Below, in pieces: positions 29,791-39,753 of a DNA stretch of 64,000 nt. Made by a program: the position numbers and the translations under genes. A model generated the notes under the pieces. The model ran no database searches and had not been told where the DNA came from. It was given only the letters and a program-made list of their open reading frames with translations. Origin of the DNA: an uncultured delta proteobacterium (GTDB taxonomy: Bacteria > Myxococcota_A > Polyangia > Polyangiales > JAFGIB01); NCBI GenBank assembly GCA_963778655.1, contig CAVZVA010000010.1, positions 960,001-1,024,000 on the forward strand, given 5' to 3'. Numbering within the stretch: the first letter of the stretch is position 1; every line of letters starts with the position of its first letter.

Positions 29791-30306
29791 ATGCACATCA
29801 ACAAACAGCGACTGATCTTCGGACTCTATCTGCTCGTTCCGATCGCCGCGGCTGAGATGGTCTCGCTGCACTTCAAGCTTCCGGCCTGGCCCGCGTTCCT
29901 CGCCATGATCTTCTTCTTCTTGGGGGAGATGGACGTCAAGAAGGTGCCGGAGATCCTGATCGGGGGCTTCTTCGGCATCGCCTTCATCCTGCTGGCCGCG
30001 CCGATCATCGGTGCGCTGGCGCCCTCGATGGGCCTGGAGCTCGCCACCACCGTGTTCGTGCTGATCCTGGTGTTCGCGATCATCGTGCTCGGCGAGGCGC
30101 TACCCAAGGTGTTCAACAACTACGCGTTCACCTACCTGACGGTGACCGGCGTCGCCGTGAAGGTGACCGAGACCAAGCCCAATCCCTTCCTGTGGATGGC
30201 GATCGGCGTGGTCGGCGGCGCGCTGCTGATCGCGAGCGTGATCGGCATTGGCAAGCTGATGCAGCTGCAAGCGGGCGCCAAGCAGGCCTCGGCGCCCGGC
30301 ACCTGA
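29791..30306 (+). CDS. Multi-pass membrane protein (possibly DUF1097-like)
   Basis: GGAGG RBS, five to six hydrophobic helices and LPAWPAFL. Confidence 0.65.
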   Translation: MHINKQRLIFGLYLLVPIAAAEMVSLHFKLPAWPAFLAMIFFFLGEMDVKKVPEILIGGFFGIAFILLAAPIIGALAPSMGLELATTVFVLILVFAIIVLGEALPKVFNNYAFTYLTVTGVAVKVTETKPNPFLWMAIGVVGGALLIASVIGIGKLMQLQAGAKQASAPGT

Positions 30307-30438
30307 CCCGCGCCGCGCGCGACCCTGTGCTGCACGCGCGTATCACGCGAGCGCACGCTCGCAAGCTCACGCCAAAAGAGCCGCGGGAGCTGTCGGGAAG
30401 CTTGGCGAGCGACGCCGCATGCCGCGGGAGCTGTGCGG

Positions 30439-30699
30439 CTAGCGGCCGAGCGCCGCTCGCGGCGCGGCGTGAGCGTTGCGCTTGGCCGCCGGCCTGCGCG
30501 CGAGCTCGCGCTCGGTCTGCGCGGCGAGCCGCAGCTCGAGCTCGCGGCGGGCGGCAAACCAGTCCTCGACGCCGTCCGACAGCGGGCATCCGCGGCTCAA
30601 CCAGCGCTGGTAGGCGCGCGAGGCGATCTGCTGCTCGTCGAGGGTGACGGCGCTGCGGGAGCGCGCGACGTCCGTTGCCTGCTTCTTCTTCTGGGTCAT
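30439..30699 (-). CDS. DUF2934-like small protein
   Basis: IASRAYQRWLSRGCP...EDWFAARREL; AGGAG RBS. Confidence 0.8.
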   Translation of the reverse strand: MTQKKKQATDVARSRSAVTLDEQQIASRAYQRWLSRGCPLSDGVEDWFAARRELELRLAAQTERELARRPAAKRNAHAAPRAALGR

Positions 30700-30842
30700 G
30701 ACGTTCTCCTGGGTGAGGTGGCCCCGATTGTGATCTCGCCGGTCCTCCCCACCAAATTCTCGTCGTTTCCGGCGGATGGCCTGGCGTGCCCAGACGCTTG
30801 CACGAGCCCGGAGCGGCGATCGGACCGGCGTTCTACCGGCGC

Positions 30843-32036
30843 TCACGGCCGCAGCGCGGTGCGCGCGACCCAGTCGGCGTTGGTCTCGAGCGCGAAGGGC
30901 TTGGTCGACGCTGGATCGATCCAGTTGGGCTCGAGCGTCTCGGCGCTGTCGGCGCAGGTGAGCTTGTCGAACCAGCAGTGATCGGCCGAGCTGAGCTGGC
31001 AGTCGGCGCGCTGCACGATGATCCAGCCGCTGCCGTCGTCGCGCAGGCACTGTTTGCGTCCGTCGTCGGGACACTCGGCGTCGCTGAAGCCCGCGGTCGT
31101 GTTCAGCGAGGAGACCACCGCGTTGCCGGTGTCGCCCTCGCCGTTGACCACGCGCAGGCGCGTGGGCGAGAGCGTCGCGCGCGCGTCGCCGCCGTAACCC
31201 GTGGTCCACACCGCGCGCACGCGTGGCTCCGCGCGCGCGGCCAGGTGCGCGACCAGCGCGCCCTGGCTGTGGCCCCAGGTCGCGATGCCGAGGTCGCAGT
31301 CCACCTGCGGCAGCGCGCACGCGACCGCGAGCAGGCTGCTAGCGTGGTTCGGCCCGAACATACAGGCGAGCTGGTTCTCGTGATCGCTGAGCCAGGCCAG
31401 CGCCGAGTTGTCGTACTGCGCGGACAGCGCCACGAAACCGCGCCGCGCCATCGCCTCGGTCACCTTCTGCGCCGCCTGGCTGTCGTAGCTGGCGCTGGTG
31501 TCGGGCGAGACGAACGCGGTGCCCACGAAGTAGAGGAACAACGGATGGCGTGCGCCCGCGGGATCCACCGGCTCGAAGCCGGCGCTTGGATACGACTGCG
31601 TGCAATCGGCGCCATCGTCGACGCTGCCCAGATACGAGGGCGCGGCCGCGAGCTCGCGCGTCTCGAAGCGCGCGGCGCTGCTGAGCGTGCCCGCGTCGCC
31701 GGCCCCCGCGTCGCCTGCGTCGTGCGCCGCGCCGCCATCCAGCGCGGCCTCGCCGCCGCCCGCGCCACCGGCGTCCGTGCCCGATCCGGGTGCCTGCACC
31801 CGTGCGTCCGGCCGCTCGCCGCCCGCGTCGGCTGCGGGATTGGAGCCTGTGCCGGCTGCGGCGCCGTCCGTGCCCGCGGCCGCGGCGGGGGTACCTGCGT
31901 CCGCGCGCGGCGCCGGCGTGTGCGCCGGCGTCGAGCAGGCGAGCAGGCAACCGAGCGTTGCGCCGGCGCCCGCGCGCGCCAGCGCCGAAGGCCGCCTGCC
32001 GGCCCTCGAGCCTGCTGCAATCGCGCGCCGCCGCAC
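30843..32036 (-). CDS. Lipoprotein alpha/beta hydrolase (start uncertain)
   Basis: Lipobox LLAC, DAG-rich linker and GHSQG nucleophile motif. Confidence 0.75.
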   Translation of the reverse strand: MRRRAIAAGSRAGRRPSALARAGAGATLGCLLACSTPAHTPAPRADAGTPAAAAGTDGAAAGTGSNPAADAGGERPDARVQAPGSGTDAGGAGGGEAALDGGAAHDAGDAGAGDAGTLSSAARFETRELAAAPSYLGSVDDGADCTQSYPSAGFEPVDPAGARHPLFLYFVGTAFVSPDTSASYDSQAAQKVTEAMARRGFVALSAQYDNSALAWLSDHENQLACMFGPNHASSLLAVACALPQVDCDLGIATWGHSQGALVAHLAARAEPRVRAVWTTGYGGDARATLSPTRLRVVNGEGDTGNAVVSSLNTTAGFSDAECPDDGRKQCLRDDGSGWIIVQRADCQLSSADHCWFDKLTCADSAETLEPNWIDPASTKPFALETNADWVARTALRP

Positions 32037-32125
32037 CGCCGTTCGCTGCCGTAAGCCGTAGCAGCAGGCCCCGCCCGCGCGCACCCGCCCGCCCCGAGTC
32101 GGCGCCGGCCCGCCTGTCTGCGCGT

Positions 32126-32782
<657 letters not shown>

Positions 32783-32833
32783 CGGATCCACTATGCACGC
32801 TCGAGCCGCGCGCGCCCAGCCCGCAGAGGGCGT

Positions 32834-33262
32834 TCAGCCCAGCAGCGGGTTGGTGGTGGCCAGCCCCGGGAAACGGGAGAAGTCGCGATCCATCGTCCAC
32901 AGCTCGCTCACCCCGTGCTGCAGACACAGCGCGGCGATGCGCGCGTCATGCACGCGCGGCCCGCCCACCTGAGCAGAGCGCAGCACGCTCGCAAGGGTTT
33001 CCCAGTACCCCTCGAGCTCTCCGACCACCGCGAGCAGGGGCGTATCGAGCCAGGTCTCCACCGTGGTCAGCGCCCGTTCGAGCGGAGTCGGGGGGTTGAA
33101 CACCTTGGGGTGGGTTACGACGGCGACAAACTCGTGCACGCACGGCCAGGGAATCGCCCAACGCGTGCCGCCGAGCCCTGCCAGACGCTGCTTGGCCCGA
33201 CCATGCCAGGGGGAATCCTCGCGGTGCGCGTGGACCAGGATGTTGGTATCGACTGCGATCAC
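32834..33262 (-). CDS. vapC: VapC PIN-domain toxin
   Basis: IAVDTNILVHAH, WPCVHEF, HDARIAA and DRDFSRFPGL; GTGA overlap with the antitoxin. Confidence 0.92.
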   Translation of the reverse strand: MIAVDTNILVHAHREDSPWHGRAKQRLAGLGGTRWAIPWPCVHEFVAVVTHPKVFNPPTPLERALTTVETWLDTPLLAVVGELEGYWETLASVLRSAQVGGPRVHDARIAALCLQHGVSELWTMDRDFSRFPGLATTNPLLG

Positions 33263-33507
33263 GCCCCGCGGCCCTCGTATGCGAGATCCCGGATCGTGCT
33301 CCAGTCCTCCCACGACAGTCCCGGTTGCAGGCCGTGGCCGCGAAAGGTGTGGGTCTCGACTGGCTGCGCGCGCGCGGCCGGGGACTCACGCTCGAGCGCG
33401 TCGCGAAGCGCGTGCTCGATGATCGCGCGCAGGGTGGTGTTGCGTCGCGCCGCCAGCTGTTTGGCGCGGCGCAGGAGCGCGTCGGGAATCTCTATGGTCG
33501 TCTTCAT
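33259..33507 (-). CDS. vapB: VapB ribbon-helix-helix antitoxin
   Basis: MKTTIEIPDALLRRAKQLA, immediately upstream of the PIN toxin. Confidence 0.88.
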   Translation of the reverse strand: MKTTIEIPDALLRRAKQLAARRNTTLRAIIEHALRDALERESPAARAQPVETHTFRGHGLQPGLSWEDWSTIRDLAYEGRGA

Positions 33508-33537
33508 ATGGGAGACCCATATCATAAAATATGGGTC
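33506..33537. promoter_or_regulatory. Putative vapBC operator/promoter palindromes
   Basis: Perfect inverted repeat gacccatat-N6-atatgggtc (33514-33537), overlapping atatggg-aga-cccatat (33506-33522); AT-rich. Confidence 0.7.
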
Positions 33538-33573
33538 GGAGCAATGAGTGACCCAGCGGGGAGCCGTGCTCGG

Positions 33574-34080
33574 TCAGCAGGGCTCGACCGCGCGCTGCTC
33601 GTGCTCCAGCAGCCAGCGCTTGCGCTGCAGGCCGCCCGCGTAGCCGGTGAGCGAGCCGTCGGCGCCGATCACCCGGTGGCAGGGCACGATCACGGTGATC
33701 GGGTTGATGCGGTTGGCCGCGCCCACGGCGCGCGCGCCGCCCGGGCAGCCCAGGCCGCGCGCGATCTGCGCGTAGCCGCGCGTTTGCCCGAACGGGATCG
33801 CGCGCAGCGCGCGAAACACCCGCTGCTGGAACGGCGTGCCCCCGGGCGCGCACGGCAGCTCGAAGCGCGTGCGCTCGCCCGCGAAGTACTGCTCGAGCTC
33901 AGCTCGCGCGCGCTCGAGCAGCGGCTGCGCCGCGCCGGGCTGAACGGGTCCCTCGGGCAGCGCGGGTCGTGGCTGCTGATCGAGAAAGTACGCGGCCACC
34001 AGCGCGTCGGTCCTCGCCAGCACGCGCAGCGGGCCCAGCGGCGAGCCCAGCACGCGTTCGAACACAGTCGGTGTCGTCAT
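33574..34080 (-). CDS. ogt: Methylated-DNA--protein-cysteine methyltransferase
   Basis: [22 protein letters not shown] and GYAGG. Confidence 0.93.
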   Translation of the reverse strand: MTTPTVFERVLGSPLGPLRVLARTDALVAAYFLDQQPRPALPEGPVQPGAAQPLLERARAELEQYFAGERTRFELPCAPGGTPFQQRVFRALRAIPFGQTRGYAQIARGLGCPGGARAVGAANRINPITVIVPCHRVIGADGSLTGYAGGLQRKRWLLEHEQRAVEPC

Positions 34081-35539
34081 CTCGTCCTCCGGTCTCCGAC
34101 AGCGAAACCCACATCTGCATCGCGCCGTAGGCGCGCCACGGCTGCCAGGCCTGCGCGCGCGCCTCGGCCTCGCGCGCGCTTTGCGCGCCGAGCGCCTTGC
34201 GCAGCGCCAGATCGCCCGCGGGGAACGCGTTGGGCCAGCGCAGCGCGCGCATCGCCAGGTAGTGCGCGGTCCAGGCGCCGATGCCGGGCAGCGCGGTCAG
34301 TTGCGCGAGGCTCGCCTCCGGGTCGGCGCGGCCGCTCAGGTCGAGGCGCGATTCGGCCACCGCGCGCGCGAGCGCGATGATGCCCGCCGCGCGCCGTGCG
34401 GGCAGCCCCAGCGCGGCCACGCGCTCGACGCGCTCGCCCGCCAGTCGCGCCGCGTCCGGGAACGCCCGCTGCAGTTCGGGCACGTCCAGTGTCAACGGCT
34501 CCCCGAACGCGGCGGCCAGGCGGCCGGCGAGCGTGGTGGCCGCGCGCACGGAGACCTGCTGGCCGAGCACCGCGCGCACGGCCAGCTCGAAGCCGTCGAA
34601 CGCGCCCGGCACGCGCAGCCCGGGGTGACGCCTCACCAGCGCTGCGAGCTCCGGCTGCGCGCGCAGGTGCTCGGCGATCGCGAGCGGCTGCGCGTCGAGG
34701 TCGAACAGCGCGCGCAGGCGCGCCACCAGCTCCATCAAGGCCGGCGCCAGCGAGGGCGACACGCGCGCGCGCAGCGCCGCGCGCTCGCGATCGGCGCCGA
34801 CCGCGACGAAGCCGCGCAGCGCGCCCAGCGAGACCACGCGCTGGTACTCGCCGCCGCGCACCTGCTCGACGCCGGGCGTCGCGCGCGCGGCCAGAAACCC
34901 GAGCAGCGCCTCCCAGTCGAGCGGCGGGCGGTAGTCGAGCCGCAGCGCGATCACGGCCCGCTCGCCGAGCTCGCCGCCGGGGCTGCGCTGCCGCCGCAGC
35001 GCCGAGGGCGGGCGCCCGAAGCGGCTGCGGAACGCGGCGTTGAAGCGCCGCACGCTGGCAAAGCCCGCGGCGAACGCGATCGCGGTCAACGGCAGCGTGC
35101 TGTCGTGCAGCAGCTGCTTGGCCAGCGCCAGCCGCCGCGTCTGCGCCAGCTGCAGCGGCGAGACGCCCAGCTCGGCTTCGAGCGCGCGGCGCAGGTGGCG
35201 GCCGCTCACGCCGAGCGCGGCGCCCAGCTCCTCGACCGAGCGCTGATTCAGAAAGCCGTCGTCGATGTGCGAGAGCGCGGCGCGCACCAGCCGTGGCAGC
35301 GAGTCGATCGGCGAAAGCCCGGGTGCGAGCTCCGGCCGGCAGCGAAGGCAGGCGCGGTAGCCTGCGCGCTCGGCCTCGGCCGCACGCGCGAAGAACTCGC
35401 AGCGCGCGCGCGCCGGCGTGCGCGCCGGGCAGATCGGGCGGCAGTACACCCCGGTCGTGGTCACGCCTACGAAGAGCAGCCCGTCGAAGCGGAGGTCGCG
35501 CGCGCACAGCGCGCGGTAGCAGGTGTCGGCGTCGAGCAC
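33899..35539 (-). CDS. alkA: Ada Zn-binding/AraC-AlkA fusion (DNA-3-methyladenine glycosylase II)
   Basis: [10 protein letters not shown]...RACLRCRPE (Ada-N), Ara[25 protein letters not shown] and WQPWRAY. Confidence 0.92.
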   Translation of the reverse strand: MLDADTCYRALCARDLRFDGLLFVGVTTTGVYCRPICPARTPARARCEFFARAAEAERAGYRACLRCRPELAPGLSPIDSLPRLVRAALSHIDDGFLNQRSVEELGAALGVSGRHLRRALEAELGVSPLQLAQTRRLALAKQLLHDSTLPLTAIAFAAGFASVRRFNAAFRSRFGRPPSALRRQRSPGGELGERAVIALRLDYRPPLDWEALLGFLAARATPGVEQVRGGEYQRVVSLGALRGFVAVGADRERAALRARVSPSLAPALMELVARLRALFDLDAQPLAIAEHLRAQPELAALVRRHPGLRVPGAFDGFELAVRAVLGQQVSVRAATTLAGRLAAAFGEPLTLDVPELQRAFPDAARLAGERVERVAALGLPARRAAGIIALARAVAESRLDLSGRADPEASLAQLTALPGIGAWTAHYLAMRALRWPNAFPAGDLALRKALGAQSAREAEARAQAWQPWRAYGAMQMWVSLSETGGRDDDTDCVRTRAGLAAGPAARAGEDRRAGGRVLSRSAATTRAARGTRSARRGAAAARARAS

Positions 35540-35670
35540 GCTTGCGGTGTAGCCCGCGTGCCGGGCGGGGTCTCGCCGCTTTCGGACCCCAGCGCAACTT
35601 GGCGGCGCGCGCCCGCGGACGCACGCAGCAGGCGGGCCGGCCCGGGCTGGATCCCCACACAAACTCAAAA

Positions 35671-35724
35671 AAATGAATATTATGTGATGTAGAAGTTGAC
35701 TTTATTCATTTCAGATCTCATCTT
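35671..35724 (+). promoter_or_regulatory. Sigma70-like promoter with palindromic operator
   Basis: TTGACT (35696)-N17-CATCTT. Perfect inverted repeat aaatgaata (35671-79) / tattcattt (35703-11) in an AT-rich island. Confidence 0.6.
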
Positions 35725-35759
35725 GTCGACTGTCTACAAGCTCTGGTCAAGCGGACCCT

Positions 35760-36128
35760 ATGGACTGGAAGCGGCTGACCCAGCTGGCTGCAGGCGGGCG
35801 CATCGTCGTGGAGCGATTGCGTCTGCCCGAGCTCGAGATCGCGATCGAAGGCTGCTTCGAGCTGCCCGCGCTGGCGCGGCTGTCATTCGAGGACCAGGTG
35901 TTCGTGGCGGCCTTCGTCAAGAGCCACGGCTCGATCAAGGAGATGGAGCGGCTGTTCGGGGTCAGCTATCCGACGGTCAAGGCCAGGCTCAACCGGCTGA
36001 GCGAGGCGCTCGGCGAGCCGCTCGCGATCGATGCGGCGCCGCCGAGCAGCGAGCGCAACGCGGTGCTCGATCGCCTGGAGCGCGGTGAGATCTCCGCGCG
36101 CGACGCGGTGGAGGCGCTGCGAAAATGA
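35760..36128 (+). CDS. DUF2089-family HTH protein
   Basis: FVKSHGSIKEMERLFGVSYPTVKARL and C-terminal VLDRLERGEISARDA. Confidence 0.85.
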   Translation: MDWKRLTQLAAGGRIVVERLRLPELEIAIEGCFELPALARLSFEDQVFVAAFVKSHGSIKEMERLFGVSYPTVKARLNRLSEALGEPLAIDAAPPSSERNAVLDRLERGEISARDAVEALRK

Positions 36129-36394
36129 GCTGGCTTCTGCCCTCGTGGTTGCGCGTGCGCTGGGGCCGCTGGCCCGGCCTGTGGCTGCCGATCTTCTTGC
36201 TGTGGCCGCTGTGGTGGTTGCTGCTGCTGACGGCGTTCGTGCTGGCGTGCGCGCTGTCCGCCCCCGCGGGGCGTGGCGGGATCGCGCGTGTATTCGACGC
36301 GGCCCGCGGTCTGCACACGCTGCTGTGCAGCACGCGCGGCGCGCGCTGCGAGATTCGCGGCCGCGGGCGCTTGATCGAGGTTGCGGTGATCTGA
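36125..36394 (+). CDS. Small membrane protein
   Basis: ATGA-coupled; hydrophobic LWLPIFLLWPLWW segment. Confidence 0.65.
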   Translation: MSWLLPSWLRVRWGRWPGLWLPIFLLWPLWWLLLLTAFVLACALSAPAGRGGIARVFDAARGLHTLLCSTRGARCEIRGRGRLIEVAVI

Positions 36395-36428
36395 GCGCGG
36401 TCACCCGAGGACGGAAAGGAAGGCCGAC

Positions 36429-36848
36429 ATGGACGAAGAGAAACGCCGCATCCTGAACATGCTCGCCGAGGGCAAGGTCACGCCGGTCGAGGCCGAGGCG
36501 TTGCTCGACGCGCTCGGCCGCGTGCCCTCCGCGCCGGCCGAGGCGGGCGCCCCGGTGGCCGATCCCAAGTACCTGCGCGTGCAGGTCGAAGGTCACGACG
36601 ACGAGCACGGCGGCAAGGTCAACGTGCGCGTGCCGTTCAGCCTGATCCGCGCCGGCGTGCGGCTGGCCGCGCTGCTGCCCGCCACTGCGTACGGGCCGGT
36701 CAACAAGGCGCTGCGCGAAAACGGCATCGACGTCGACATCTCCAAGCTCAGACCCGAAAACCTCGACGATCTGGTCACCCACCTGCGCGATCTGACGGTC
36801 GACGTGGAGGGCCACTACGGCGAAAAGGTGCGCGTCTACTGCGAGTGA
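36429..36848 (+). CDS. SHOCT-like/YvlB N-terminal domain protein
   Basis: MDEEKRRILNMLAEGKVTPVEAEALL, KVNVRVP and C-terminal EKVRVYCE. Confidence 0.8.
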   Translation: MDEEKRRILNMLAEGKVTPVEAEALLDALGRVPSAPAEAGAPVADPKYLRVQVEGHDDEHGGKVNVRVPFSLIRAGVRLAALLPATAYGPVNKALRENGIDVDISKLRPENLDDLVTHLRDLTVDVEGHYGEKVRVYCE

Positions 36849-37005
36849 GCGCGCTGCGCGCGGCCCAGGCACCCGCGCGCGCGGCGGGGCGCCTCCGTCT
36901 GTCACGACGCGGTCGCGCTGGTAATCGCCGCCGCGGTGGCTACCTACAGGGGGCGACGGCTCGCCGCCTGCGGCAAGCGGGCGGCGAGGCGCCAGTGAGG
37001 CGCGA

Positions 37006-38490
37006 GTGGCAGCCAGATTGAGCTCGAAAACAGGGGCGATACCGCACTCGAGCGCGTGCACGCTCGGGCTGTGCGCGCTGCTGGCGCTGGCGCTGCTGCC
37101 TGCGCGGGCGCGGGCGGCCGGCTTTGCCACGGCGTTGTTCGGCGGCCAGCACGACACCGCGGCCGACGTGAATCCGACCGCGCTCTACTACAACCCGGGC
37201 GCGATCGGCTTCGCGCCCGGCACGCAGCTGTGGCTCGAGACCGTGCTGGCGCTGCGGCATGCCGGCTACGAGCGGCCGGCCAGCGCGATCGACCCGGGCA
37301 CGCTCGCGGCGCTCGATGACGCCGGGCTGGATCGCAAGGCCGGGGTCGCGGCGCTCAGCGGCAAGGCCCGGCTCAACGAGCTGCTGCTGGCCTCGCCCTT
37401 CGTGGGCGGCACCACCGACCTCGGGCTGGCGAGCCCGCTGCGGCTGGGCGCCGCCGCGTTCGTGCCCTTCGGCGGTCAGTCGAGCTGGAACCGCGCCACA
37501 GCTAGCACCCGGTTTCCCGGCGCGGTCGACGGAACGGCGCGCTTCTACAACATCTCCGGCCAGATCGTGACCTACGACGTGGCCGCGGGCGCGGCGTACT
37601 TGATCGCGCCCGCGCGGCTCTCGCTGGGGTTGAGCGGCAATCTCTACCTCTCGCGGGTCAACACGCTGCGCGCGCGCAACCCGGACGGGACCGACAAGCT
37701 GGTGGCGAGCGACGGCTCGCTGCTCGAGGGGCGCTCGCTGCTCGACGTCAGCGGCATCCACTTCGGGCTCGGCGTGGGGGCGCTGTGGGAGGCGCTCGCC
37801 GGCAAGCTGTGGCTCGGCGCCAGCTACCAGAGTCAACCGGGGTTCGGCACCATGACGCTCTCGGGCGACCTGCGCAACGTGTTCGGGCAGGCGCCTGCCG
37901 AGGCACCGAGCGACGTGCGCTTCACCCAGGCGCTGCCCGACATCGTGCGGGTGGGCGCGCGGGTGCGAGCGAGCCGCGCGATCGAGCTGCGGATGGGGCT
38001 CGACCTCACGCTGTGGAGCCGGCTCGGGCAGATGTGTCTGGCCGCGGCCGGAGTCTCGGACATGCGCACCGCCTGTGCGACCCGCGCCGACGGCAGCCGC
38101 GTCCATCCGCAGGCGCCCAGCGTGATCCAGGTGTTTGCGCGCGGCTGGCGCGACAGCTTCGGCGCGCACCTGAGCGCCAGCTACTTCGTCTCGCCCGCGC
38201 TCGAGCTGTACGCGGGGGCCGGCTTCGATGGCAACGCGATCCCCGACGCCACGCTCGACCCCGCGCTGTACGACATGAACAAGCTCAGCTTCGCGGCCGG
38301 GGCCGGCTACGCGCTGGGCGAGCACCTGCGCCTGATGCTGACGCTGACCGAGGTCGCATTCCTCGCGCGCGACACGCGCGGCGTCGCCGGCAATGAGAGT
38401 CTTGCGTTGCCCAGCCGGCAGCCGGCCAACCAGGGCGTGTACACGCAGAACGTGTTCTTGATCGACCCGGGGGTGGCGGTTTCGTTTTGA
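37006..38490 (+). CDS. FadL/TodX-family outer-membrane hydrophobic-compound channel
   Basis: Signal ARA-AGF, ALYYNPG, VPFGG, beta-strand pattern and C-terminal Phe. Confidence 0.8.
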   Translation: MAARLSSKTGAIPHSSACTLGLCALLALALLPARARAAGFATALFGGQHDTAADVNPTALYYNPGAIGFAPGTQLWLETVLALRHAGYERPASAIDPGTLAALDDAGLDRKAGVAALSGKARLNELLLASPFVGGTTDLGLASPLRLGAAAFVPFGGQSSWNRATASTRFPGAVDGTARFYNISGQIVTYDVAAGAAYLIAPARLSLGLSGNLYLSRVNTLRARNPDGTDKLVASDGSLLEGRSLLDVSGIHFGLGVGALWEALAGKLWLGASYQSQPGFGTMTLSGDLRNVFGQAPAEAPSDVRFTQALPDIVRVGARVRASRAIELRMGLDLTLWSRLGQMCLAAAGVSDMRTACATRADGSRVHPQAPSVIQVFARGWRDSFGAHLSASYFVSPALELYAGAGFDGNAIPDATLDPALYDMNKLSFAAGAGYALGEHLRLMLTLTEVAFLARDTRGVAGNESLALPSRQPANQGVYTQNVFLIDPGVAVSF

Positions 38491-38516
38491 CGCACCTTCG
38501 TCGTGAGGCGAGCTCC

Positions 38517-39203
38517 ATGGCATCCGCAGCTGCAGTGCATCCGACCCGGCGACCTGGCCCGCACACGCGGCGGCGCGCGCGGGCCTTGCTGCTCGCGCTC
38601 GCCGTACTGAGCAGCGCGACCGCGTCTTGCGCCGACCCCAAGGGGCGCTACGACGCGTTTCTCGCGCGCACCAGCGACCAGCGCATCGCGGCCGGCGACG
38701 GCGGGCCCGCGCCCAGCGAGCGCTTCGACTTCAGCGGCCGCTATCTGCTCGCGCTCAAGACGCCGATCGCACCGGCCACGCCGCTGCTGTTGAGGGTCGA
38801 TGCGACGGTCTCCAGCGACTTGACGAAGATCGCGTTCGTCTTCCAGCCGCTCGCCACCGACCAGGCGCCGCAGCCTCGTGCCGCTGTTGGTAGCTCGATT
38901 CAGATCGAGGGCGTGGCCTACGACGCGCAGGGCAGCTTCGACGCGGATCTCGGCCAGGTCGCGGTGCCCGGCAGCGCCAACCCGATCAGCGGCTCGGACA
39001 TCACCGCCACGGTGCAGCTGCGCGGCACGGCGTTGCACGCGGGCGGCGCGCCGCTGTTGTGCGGCAGCGCGAGCGGAAATGTCACCTCGCCGATCATGCT
39101 CAATCTGGCGGGCTCGCAGTTCGGCGCGGTGCCCGCGCAGGACCCGGCCGGCGTCGAGCTGGTGACCGGCTGCCCCGAGCAAGGGGCCGACGGCGGCTCG
39201 TAG
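38517..39203 (+). CDS. Hypothetical lipoprotein partner of the FadL-like porin
   Basis: Lipobox TASC and a beta-rich domain with VPGSANPISGSDI. Confidence 0.7.
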   Translation: MASAAAVHPTRRPGPHTRRRARALLLALAVLSSATASCADPKGRYDAFLARTSDQRIAAGDGGPAPSERFDFSGRYLLALKTPIAPATPLLLRVDATVSSDLTKIAFVFQPLATDQAPQPRAAVGSSIQIEGVAYDAQGSFDADLGQVAVPGSANPISGSDITATVQLRGTALHAGGAPLLCGSASGNVTSPIMLNLAGSQFGAVPAQDPAGVELVTGCPEQGADGGS

Positions 39204-39255
39204 TCCTAGAGCCTAGAGCACCGAACATATTGAAACACGCACGATTTCGGGCCCT

Positions 39256-39287
39256 CGCGGGTCAGGTCAGCCGCGGGTCAGGTCAGC
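39256..39287. repeat. Perfect 16-bp tandem duplication cgcgggtcaggtcagc x2
   Basis: Directly visible; intergenic. Confidence 0.85.
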
Positions 39288-39428
39288 TGCCAGCGTGTTT
39301 TCTTCGCAGGGACGCCAGGGCCATGGGACGGGAGCCCCGCCGCAGCCCGGGACCGAGGGCAATCGCGTCGGGATGCTGCAGCCGACGATCTGATCATTCG
39401 TGCCACCCGCTGGCAAGCGAGCGGCGCT

Positions 39429-39719
39429 ATGCTCCTTTCCGTGCCGCGAGTGGAGCTCACCAAGCACCTGTATCAGTTCTTTCCAGAGCTGGAGGGTAAC
39501 GATCTGGTGGTCGAGGCGGAGACGGTGGCCGAAGTGGTGCGCGCGCTCGACGCGATCGCGCCCGGCATCGCGTTCTACGTGTGTGATGAGCGCGGGCGCC
39601 TGCGCCAGCACGTCAACGTCTTCATCGAGGAAGAGCCGGTGATCGACCGCCGCGCGCTCACAGACCGCGTGCAGCCGGGCTCGCGCGTGTTCATCTTGCA
39701 AGCACTGAGCGGGGGCTGA
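39429..39719 (+). CDS. MoaD/ThiS-family ubiquitin-like protein
   Basis: TVAEVVRALD, DERGRLRQHVNVF and C-terminal ALSGG. Confidence 0.9.
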   Translation: MLLSVPRVELTKHLYQFFPELEGNDLVVEAETVAEVVRALDAIAPGIAFYVCDERGRLRQHVNVFIEEEPVIDRRALTDRVQPGSRVFILQALSGG

Positions 39720-39753
39720 ACCCGCCATCACCGCTGCCAAGCACGGAGGCCCT

